Source: Laetmonice hystrix (Eukaryota). From it: DNA of 64,000 bases. Below the pieces are notes generated by a model, which was given only the letters and a program-made list of their open reading frames with translations, did not search any database and was not told where the DNA came from. Location: positions 6,326,001-6,390,000 of the forward strand of contig OZ249436.1 in the NCBI GenBank assembly GCA_965235115.1, given 5' to 3'. The position numbers and the translations under genes were made by a program. Positions 26,456-36,861 of this stretch are shown piece after piece (the first letter of the stretch is position 1; each line of letters opens with the position of its first letter).

Positions 26456-29400
26456 ATGAAGACGGCGCTACTCATTTCAGTCGTAGTACTTGGTGAGTTA
26501 CTCGATTATACATTGCTCTTTACACGTTTTCTGCGATCGGTACTATGATCTGCTGGCATATTCGCAAACTTTGCCACTTCTTGGGCTAGCAAGTCAAGCA
26601 CTCATTGATCATGAACTTAAAGGCAGTGTTGACTCTTATTTTAAGGCAGCATCAAGGAACGACCAACACGAATATCGTGTTGCGTTCAAGATAATGAGAG
26701 ATAGTGTAATTAGTGGTTGTCATCTCTTTCTCTTCCATATTTCAGCTGCTATAGGTGCTGCACTTTGCAGTACGACGACGGAGGATCCTATCACAAGACC
26801 TCCTAGAAATGAGACGTTTGGCAACGAGACCATGTTTAACTCCTCAATGTCCGGGAACGATACCAGGCCGTTCGGACGAGGACCCCCAAGGATTGGGGGA
26901 GGACCCCCAAGGATTGGAGGACTAAGCATCAGTAAGAGAGGCGTGGACATGAGGGCCCTCAAACAGATCGACGTGAGTTTTCAGCTTGAATTTTTCTGAG
27001 AGTAAAAAAGAATAATTATGTCAACTCTGAACGGACTGAAAAAAGGGAAAAATGAATTTCATTATTCACGCCTGCCCTTGTTATATCTTCGGAGATTTAC
27101 GTGGAATGAAGCCTTGCGACCACAGATGCGACCTTTGCCTTAAAGAAGACACAGTTTGAACACATTGCAAATGGTCTGAAACACCCTGTATACTAGCAAT
27201 GATAGCCCTACATCTCTCGTTTGATGTATTTCACAGCCAGCGACTTTGAGGGACTCTGTGAGAAGTATGTCAAGATCGGAGAAGGACGACTTATGTTTTG
27301 GTGTCATGAATGGAGGCGCAGACAAGAGAACAATGGACCTGTTAAAATCTCAAGGGGTCGACTGTGTCGGTGCTATGAGAAGAGACCCCTCGGTAAGTTT
27401 CATAGGATGTTACGTGCCTGCACAGTACTTTACCAAAGTGTAGGCCTACTAGTACAGTGCCCCTTCTGTTTACTAACAGAACGATGATTTACAACGTTGT
27501 CTGTATCTCTGCCACAGTTCAGGCCAAAGGGCGGCCAAGCCGTGCTGGCCTTCGACCAGATGAAGGCCGACAACCCTCCGTCCAGTTGGAACGATTCCGA
27601 CTGGGCCGTAGCCTTCAAACAGATGGGATCAGCTGTCAAGGCATCTGACATCCGCCAGATGGGACCTGACGTTATGAGGGCCCTGTAAGTGCTAATTTAC
27701 CTCCCAGACATATATATAACCTATGCAGAAATAATAAACACCATATAAAAATAAAAATGTTCACCAGGTTTACTGTAATTATCATGCCTATTCTGGATTC
27801 TTTACTTTAGAGTCTTGAGCGGGGATCTCCAGCAAGCCGATACCTTCAAACGTCCATCCGAGAGGCGGGCGCTCGAAACGCAACTGAGAGGTGCCTTTGG
27901 CGATCCTACAGCATGGAACAGCAGTACTTTGGCAGATATGGGTCCCCTTCTCGGTAAAATGGACACCAAGACCCTCAGATCTATCCCTAAAGCTCAGGTA
28001 ATTTTGGTTTTTATATCAGAAATCGTGTATCAGAAATCGTGTAATGAACGTGATACAATTAACGGTTTCTGTGCGAAGTTTCGCATAATTGTTGCCAAAG
28101 GCATCCAGCGATATCGAAGACGTCATTGACACATTGACATTGGTTGACACATGGGCATAAACCTGTTCGCTTAACTACATAGAAAAATGTTTATCGCACC
28201 CAGATGAGAGCCGCCGCATCCAGCCTGAGAGATCTCAAGTTTGATGATCCAGGCAAGAAGGCCGCCATGGGAAAACAGCTAATTGAAGGACTTGGAAAGA
28301 ACGCGGCAAATACATGGACCGCCGACGATGTCAAAAAGTAAGTGCTACAACGTACACTGCTGACATATTACGATCAGGATCACAGATTAAAGTCGCGTGT
28401 TTTGCTGCAAAGTGCTGCTCTTCTTAGCTTGACAAAGTTGGAAGTATTCATTGAGTCACATGTTACTATCCAATGAAAATTGTTATAATAACAACAAATT
28501 TAACCGTAACGGCTGCAGAAAGACTATCCCTTGCTCTCAACAATAGGCACTCCCCTTCCCATTAAAAGAAATCCTGGCTAGGCCTAGGGCCTGCTAGTTG
28601 TTCCCGATTGAACTGAAGCATTATTACCTGTGTCTGCAGTGCCGACCAGTTTATCCGGGGTAACCCAAGTGTCATCAGTCGGCTGAGCGACTCGTCCCTA
28701 ACCAGCGCCATGAGTGACCTTGGTGCCCGTGAGACAGACAAGAGAGGTGTAAGTATGGAGACTGACATCTTCAAAACAATGCCTGACCTTATGTCAGAGT
28801 GAAAGATTCATTTGAAATACTTGTTTCAATACCAGGTGTAGTAAGGTTACTATTCTTACTTGTTGACAGGCTGCTCAACTGGGCAAGCGGATCAAAGGCC
28901 TGCCCGGCTATTCGAACCCGGCACAGGTTGACTCCAGTAAGGTAGCAGAGATGGGCCAACTGATGCAAGGCATGGGTCGGGACTACCTCAGCCGACTGTC
29001 ATCCTCCGCCGTACAGGGCGCTATCAGTACCCTGGCGAACGTCTCCTTCCCACGAGGTGACGCCCGCGAGCTCATGGCAAAGATCAAGGGTGACGTGAGT
29101 ACAAAAATTGGCAGATCACTAGTTGGACAAGCTAACATCGATCCTGAACCCTACATTAATCGACCTCTGTTAAATATTCCGAACAGATATATAAGTTGAT
29201 GTTGCTTCCTTCACAGCCTGCAGCATACGACTCGTCTAAAATGAGGGAACTTGGCCACTTGGTGACCGGACTCGAACCTGAAGATCTAGACTCCGTACCA
29301 GCTTCAGCTTTGGTTGGCGCCATTGAGGATATTGCTGACAAGGACTTCGATGTCAGCCAGTGTCGTAGTATTGTCAGGAAGGTGGGTTTATATCCAACTT

Positions 29401-32400
29401 TGGGCTGTTAAATAAACCTCATACAGAGATAAACTTACTACGTAATTGAGGAGCATCTATTTCTACATTCCTACATAAATGATTAACAGAAATAATACTA
29501 AATGATAAAATGAACATATTATTCAAAGGTCAAACAAGCTGGTAGTGAGAACCTTGGTAGGATGGGAAAACTCATGAAGAAATGTATGACCCCTGATGAC
29601 CTTGACGCCGTGTCCATCGATGACTTGGGATTGAACTGCAGCTCCAGCACGGCTCCTTCCTTCACGCCAGACAAGGCCCAGGTAGAGTTTTACTTTCAGA
29701 CTCTGTCAATTTGCTATAAATGACCGAAACAGGAAATGTAGGCAGCGACGGATGAATGAATTTGTTAGGCTGGCAAACCGGGGGGGGGGGGGGTATACGC
29801 TTTATTTTATAACATCATCCTTATTGAATAGAGATACAAGCCTCCTTAGCCCCTCTGGATGTACAACTGCTCGGGCATGGCTGTCATATTCTTAACCCCG
29901 TTTTAAAACTCCGTATACCCTATATTAATCCTTACTCACATAACGTACAGGCCAAGAAACTGATGAAGAAACTCAAGGATATCTACGGCAATCCATCATC
30001 AAGCAACACCAATTACTCTTTAACCTGCCTGCAAAACTGGGGCAAGGTCGCCGCTCTCGGCATGGACGCCTCCGACTTTGAGGACCTTCCAGACAATGGT
30101 GACTTGGCATCTATCTTTGAGGCGCTCAGCGAATACGAGGACGAGATGGACGACACACAGGTACAAGTCCTTTTGTTAAACATTAACATTTCTTATAGGA
30201 TTTCTGTAAGGTTTTCCTGTCTTTGATTCTGCAACGTGAACCCCCTGCCACCCAGCTCGGCGTTCTTCATTCCACTATCTTCATAGAAGTGAAGGTAACA
30301 ATAATTTACCACCAAAAATTCCAGACTATGGCGTTGTCCACACGTGTCCGCGCTTACCTCGACATTGACAACAGCACTGCTGCCGCCGCCATCGACTCGT
30401 CCGTTGTCGAACAACTTGGTGTCTTCCTGAAACACTTCAAGTAAGCTTGATGACCCACCTATACACATAAACGAGGAAGTTTGTTTTCTGAAGAAAAGAA
30501 AAGTTGGATTAAGTGTTGATCTAGGCCTGCTGAATGGACTTCGAAATGGGTTTAATATGGAAGCGGTATACCTTCTCAGGTTATATGAAATGGAAGTCGT
30601 GACATCTGATCTCAATATTTTGTCTGTCTCATTACTTTACAGTACGAGTGACCTGGAGAGGTTCCCGTCAGCTGTTAGACCTGACGTTGGTCGTAAACTG
30701 GGAGAGGCCAACATGAACAGGCAGCCTAAGGCGGAGATTACTCGCCTCAAGAACTTTGCTTTGAAAAATATCGTAAGTGTCATTTTACTAGGAAACTTTA
30801 ATTGGCAACCTTATGTCTCGAGCTCTGTTTTTGGCATTTGTCAATGAAAAGTCAATCTACGGTTGCAGACATCTTTTTAGAAACATTGAATCCCATTTCC
30901 AATTATCCTTTTCCTCATTCAGCTTCGTGACGACACAAGCACCGTCACAGACCGTTCGTCTGCATCTGAACTTGACGATAATGATGTTCGTGACCTTGGA
31001 AACCTCTTCCGGGGCCTGGAAACCAGTGACATTAGCAAACTGAACGAATCGGCCATGGAGAGTAACATGGTGTCAATGAATGGCCAGATCCGGGACAGGC
31101 CTTCAATGGAGGCTGTATGGACACGAGTACAGGCCACTGATCCGTAAGTTGTTATAGAATCTCCATCCTGGAGGGTTTGACTTTACTCACAATAGATGCA
31201 CATTTTCTTTTTATTCTATGGAGGTATGTCCTTAAACATGAACAATAATGACACCTTCACTCCTTGGCACTCGGACACAACAAAACAACAAGATAATAAA
31301 TGGATAACTAAAACATGCGCTCACTTTTAAGAGCATGACTTTAATCATTGCTTGCTTCTATCTCTATGTCAGGACGTTCCTGAACAGCGCCGATAATGTA
31401 ATCACGAGTGCTGGTCTGGTAGGAGGAATGCCACAGGCCACTATCGACGCCACAGACAAGGTATTATAGCTGTGGTCTTCTACCTGTCAGTACAATACAG
31501 ATTATGGCAGTAATGATGACTTTCATAGTACCAAACTCGTCAACACTGGTCAGTTCTGTAACCATTACCGTCATTCCATTTACAGTCGGTTCTTGGCGAG
31601 GCACTCAGTGACGCTGCCGAAATGATGCAGCAACGTAAGGTGAACGATAGAGCACGTGACCAGGCAGGTTTTCGCGGTGAAATATCAGCGGCTGACAAGA
31701 CAAGCATGGGTGGGAGCAAATCGAGATTTGTCCTCAGGGCGTTTGAAGGATACCAGGCAGCTCAGACTACCAGCAGTAGGAGAAGGAGAAGGGCAACAAG
31801 TGAGTCAATGTTAATGGGTAACCTACTTCTATCATGATATCGTTTATCGTAAACCACCGTTAGTTCTACTTTTCTTCAAGAAATCTGGTCATGCAATATG
31901 AAGACTAGATTGCTAGGGTGGGATACTTTATCAGAGACGGTAAATCAGCGTTCTGAAACATTCGGACTCTATTGGCAAATGCATGTACGTGTACATGATT
32001 TCAAGTGACCTCTCGTTTGACCATGTGGTTCTTTACCCACAGCTGCCATCACTTGTTCGGACATTCAAGTGCTGGGTTCGAACGCTGTCCAACTGACCAC
32101 CTCTCAGCTGGACACGTTGACCTCGGCGGAGTTCACTGACTGTACCGAGACCCTGGGCGGAATCACAGACTGGAGCTCGGAACAACTCACATCACTCGCA
32201 ACAAAGGCTAAATCCGTAAGTTTCTATACTATGCCAGACTATGGTTAAGCGTTTAAAAGTCCGTAATAAGTCTGACCTCCTAATGCCCTAGTTTATATAA
32301 ACGAATTATATTTTAATATTTTTTTCTGGATGAACTAAAGAATTTGATTTTTTCCAGACATATGGGACACCATCGACGTGGACGTCGACAGAGATCAAGC

Positions 32401-34026
32401 TGTGTGGATCCGTCGTAGCTGGACTGTCTGTCTCTGAGATCGGAACCCTCAACTTAAACTCCTCCTCCGTCATGGCAGCCATAGGGGCCACCACGGCTTA
32501 CAGCTCAGCCCAGGTCCGTACTGATCGGCTGACACTTTGTTTGTTAACCATTGCTGGTTCATGTGTACCATTCGTACATTGCTTGTTGTTCAGTAATTAA
32601 TTCATTTTCTCCTGACTTGATTACAGTTGAAGACCGGGTTCGCTCGCTACCTGTCTGTGGCCAAGTCTGACACCGCCTCGTCAGTAACAGGGGACGAGCT
32701 CATGACTATGGGTAACTTCGCATGTGGTGCCGAGACCAGCCACATCAGTAGCTTCTCCACGTCCACTTACAGGTAGGTCTGGGGGACGGATCCCAACACG
32801 AAATGTCCTATTACAAATGTGAACTTAGCTCCTGGTCCAACAATCATGTACAACTGAATGACTGTACAGATAAGGTTCTGAGCCTGTAGTATAAGACTGA
32901 AAAAGACTGAGATCTACAATTAAAAGCAGAAGGATATAGAAGAGATATATAAAATGGAGAAGTGGCAAATCTAATTTGGCCTATATTATTTCCATTTATC
33001 ACAGCACTGCCGCAAGTAGTATCGGTGCCTTGACTACATGTGACAGTGGCCAGTTGTCGGGCTACGCCACGAAGGCCAAGGCCGTCTACGGGGCCACCTC
33101 TACCTGGGATTCCACTACCATCACCACAGTTGGAAGCGTCATTGGTACGTATAACAAGTCTGTCAAAGAAATATAAGATACTTATGAGACTTGTTCAAAG
33201 GCCTACATAGATCTAATCCTGTTCGAATCTACAACTCCCCCGACGATCTTACATTTTTATGGTGTGTTTTTCAGGAGGTCTCACCTCTTCTGAGTTGGCT
33301 GCCCTAACGTCTGCCCAGTTGGCGTCCGTATCAGCTACTTCCATCGCTCAGATCCCGCCAGCCACCTTCGCCGTAAGTTGACACATACCATTGTAATACC
33401 ATTATACCCTTATTGGTATGGTTATACGATGTCGATGTTGATAGTTATGTACACAAATGGTCACCGACCATTAAATGGTCACCGATGAGGATCGAACCAC
33501 CCCTAACCGGCTATACTCTTCCCTCCAGGGTCTGACGTCATCCCAGCTGGCTGGACTTTCAACGGCTCAGGCGAACTCTGTGACAGGCAACCAGCAGGCA
33601 GCCCTCAGTACGGTCCAGCTCAACAGTCTCTTCTCGGCAGGAGCCAGTCAGAAACCAGCCACGACAGGTCCCAACAGCGGGACGGGTGAGCATGCATTAT
33701 TACTTTACTCGATATATTTTAGTTTATACAGTTGTAAGTGGCAGTATTATAGTCATGGTATGTTATAGGTAAAGAAATATTCTGATATCAAGCCAAGTAT
33801 TGGTAAACAACAATACTCAGGAAGCCATAGTGCCAGAGAGTGTCTCACAACACAGTACTTTTTCATAAGGCCTCACGAGGCAGTAGGCCTACTGCAATGT
33901 TGAACTGAACGCGTGCCTGTAGGTCAGTGTATCAGATGTTCTCATGATTGCTTTGTTATTCTTCCAGCCACTGTACGATTCTCCGTCTTCATGGTTCTAC
34001 CCATCATCCTCCACAAGCTGCTGTAA
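26456..34026 (+). CDS. Otoancorin/mesothelin/stereocilin-family-like GPI-anchored glycoprotein, copy 1 (23 exons, 1155 aa)
   Basis: Exons 26456-26492, 26746-26972, 27237-27392, 27518-27684, 27811-27997, 28204-28337, 28640-28748, 28870-29094, 29217-29381, 29529-29681, 29951-30160, 30325-30440, 30643-30772, 30923-31143, 31373-31460, 31586-31799, 32043-32215, 32358-32513, 32627-32772, 33005-33144, 33275-33372, 33529-33685, 33968-34026. All introns are GT-AG with consistent phases, giving 3468 nt and no internal stop. The protein starts with signal peptide MKTALLISVVVLAAIGAALC. Repeats such as FGDPTAWNSSTLADMGPLL, YGTPSTWTSTEIKLCGSVVAGL and YGATSTWDSTTITTVGSVIGGL resemble the mesothelin YGPPSTWS motif. 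It ends NSGTATVRFSVFMVLPIILHKLL*. Confidence 0.85.
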
Positions 34027-34571
34027 ACCATGCCAGAGATGATCATTTCCGTTACGATCCGGATTCTAGCCATTATAATGGTCCCTTGCTCCACTTGGCG
34101 CGAGCAGTTTGACCAGTTATCATCCTGACAGCCTGCCTTGTATACCTGGAGATATCAACGATCATTGTACAACATCATTTAACATATACAATCATTGTAT
34201 TAAACACTGCTGTATATTATCCAGGATCAATGTACGAACTGTTGTAAGATTTCTAAATCAATGGAAGGTTCCCACAGTCTTTGTGCCAATTACTGTAAGG
34301 ATTCAAAAGTCAGTGCAAAACTTTGTTAGAGCTCCAAAGTAACTGCCCATGTGGCTGAAGATATTACCTATATATGTACTTATATATAATTTTACAACAT
34401 GCTTTTAGATCTACGCAACCAATCTTTGCGTTGGTCAGAAACCATGGTCTCAGGCCAGAAGCGTGCTCAACTTTGTTTTCTTGTTAATAGTCATATTCGC
34501 TCATGTCCATCAACTTGTAAGTTTCACCTTGACCTCAGTTGTGGCATTTATGTCTTTTAATTTGATATGAA

Positions 34572-34577
34572 AATAAA
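34572..34577 (+). terminator. Putative polyadenylation signal AATAAA, copy 1
   Basis: About 550 nt after the stop codon and followed by T-rich sequence; conserved in copies 2 and 3. Confidence 0.55.
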
Positions 34578-35604
34578 CATATTTTATATTTTAAACTACT
34601 TCGGTCCGGCATTGCAATTTTTGACATGCAGTTTTAAAAAGACATTAATTTTTAGACGTTTTGACCTATTTATCTGAAATTTGTTCCACAGGCCCCAAAT
34701 AACCAGTTGATATCATATGCAAAATATAATTATATTGGGATAAAAAATGATGAAGTTATATTCAAGATAAAAGTGTTCCAGGTTTTTTGGCTCACCCGAT
34801 AAATTACAGCTTACAGAAACATGCTACTCTTCTTTTTTTTCCTTCATCGATTTACCTCCCCCCCCCCCACACACACACACAGCGTTTTAGGCCTACTTCA
34901 CGATTGTCATGTCACCTTGGCTTCAATTCACATAGGGTTCCTTGGACTTTGATCTCTCTCTTCTATACTTTCCTGCAGCTTCTATTAAAACATTGGTCAG
35001 AGTTTACACTATGGGACGATGACTGTAATCGTAGGAGAATGTAGACAATAGGTCATCATGGTGTGATCAACATTTAAGTGATAGGGTGTGATATATATAA
35101 ACTTAGGTGCTTATTCGTTTGAGGTGTTAATCCGTTCACAGCCCCCCCCCCCCCCCCTCCAGCAGCCTGAAACAGGTCTCACCAAGGTTGAACGATACGG
35201 ACCACAGCTAAAAGAGATTGCAATATTAAAGACTGCATTACACATGAGACAGGGGTATTTTGTTCACGAACAAAAATCCGCTCGTGCGCGGTGATCAAAA
35301 CGCCGAACAATTACAATGTATTGTTCGTCGGTATTCGACATGTTTAATATTTCCGAACAAATGTTCGTCGTCTGCGGTGAACCAGGAATTTCTGTTAAAG
35401 GTTCCCGAATAATTCTCCGAGCGGATTTTTTGAATGTTCGCGAACATGTTCGTCGTCTGCGGTTTCCAAGTAGGCCTATAATCCGTATAGTTCGACATAA
35501 CTGTCATAATAAAAGTTCAACCTTTGTTATGCATGTAGGCTTATGGCGCTGGCCTCCCAGTGCCTCCCCACGCCCAATTAACCTCCTAGTAGTGAGTAGT
35601 TAAG

Positions 35605-35930
35605 AGACATTCGGAGGCGATCGGGAGGTACCTTCGCGTAGTGGAGCATACCTAGAACTGCTTCACTGTACTCCCGCTAGGGAGCCCCCTGGTGGCGGCG
35701 GATGGAGTGAGCCGTGTAACACTGACAGTGCTAGAGCATACCCCGCGGTGCGGGACCTGGGCGCGAAGGTCGTTTCCACAGCTCCCGAAGGTAGCAAAAG
35801 TGAGATCAAAAGTTTTTGATATTTTCCGCTCGCGAAGCCTCCACGCTCCCGAAGATCAGGTCAGCTGCTGATCATCACGTGATCATCGATTCGCCGTACG
35901 AAATTACAGTTCGCGGCGTGTGACCACGTG
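35605..35930. mobile_element. GC/CpG-rich spacer segment, possibly a DNA-transposon remnant (also at about 46005-46327 and 56702-57022)
   Basis: There is an abrupt GC rise with internal inverted motifs (CCTTCGCG/CGCGAAGG, GATCATCACGTGATCATC), ending in GTGTGACC. No paired TIR was found. Confidence 0.3.
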
Positions 35931-36292
35931 GGCACATGGACCAGGAAGCATTCCGACATTGCGCGTGGACGTAATAAATATATAACTGCATGTTCTTTCT
36001 TCAATTGTGACACTTACTTTTTTGGATTTTTTTTTTGTATAACTTCTTTTATCTTTCGCACATTTCTGTGGGTTTTTTTTTGGGGGGGGGGGGTTATGTT
36101 GTGTGCTTTCATTATTCCATTATCATTTCCTTTTGACCCACCACCAACTCCTGCTGTAGATCTCAATAAAAACCGCTATGTTATTAAAGAAACATCAAAC
36201 TCTTTTTTTATTTTTCAAAAATGGTAGTTACGAGGCATATAGCTATTTCCATTATTTTAAGGCCAGATTTCGGGGTTTACGCCTTGCCTTCG

Positions 36293-36295
<3 letters not shown>

Positions 36296-36370
<75 letters not shown>
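36296..36370. repeat. (GA)n microsatellite at the unit 1/2 junction
   Basis: Directly visible. Confidence 0.95.
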
Positions 36371-36375
<5 letters not shown>

Positions 36376-36788
36376 AAAGGATATTTCAGGAGTTGTACAA
36401 TAGGTTTTACTATACACTCTGGCTCACAGCCTAACTTAATTGTAAATTAGCACCTTCTATCCCGTCCCAACATGTAACAAATTGCACCAGAAAGCCGAGC
36501 TGAAATCCTACCATATAGAAATAAATTACTTTGAGTCGTCTCTTCAATTTCTGTTTTCTCTGCTCTCTCTCTATCTATCTCTCTCTCTCTCTCTCTCTGT
36601 ATGTCTGTCTGTGTGTGTGTGTGTGTCTCTCTTATTATTGTTTATGTTTAGTGTTAAGTAGCTTTCTATGTGTAAAAGCTGTATGGAAGAAAATGCTAAA
36701 CTTGATCTGGTCACATGGTAACGTAAATATTTTCATGTTACCAAGTAATATGCAACAAGAGTGCGTCTGCGCGAAATCCGATAATTGT

Positions 36789-36802
36789 GCTTATATATAA
36801 GC
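36789..36802 (+). promoter_or_regulatory. TATA box palindrome, copy 2
   Basis: GCTTATATATAAGC upstream of ATG 36862. Confidence 0.6.
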
Positions 36803-36861
36803 TGACGGGAACTCATTACGACCAAAACGGCCTTCTCGTGTAGCACATCAACCAACTCGCT

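Noticed and set aside
26490..26999. 169-aa ORF as a stand-alone gene
   Set aside because: It is intron 1 read in frame into exon 2. The real start is the ATG at 26456 with a GTGAGT donor at 26493.
30193..30615. 140-147-aa minus-strand ORF recurring in all four units, and other antisense ORFs
   Set aside because: It is antisense to exon 12 and its introns. Recurrence reflects the recent duplication, not coding constraint.
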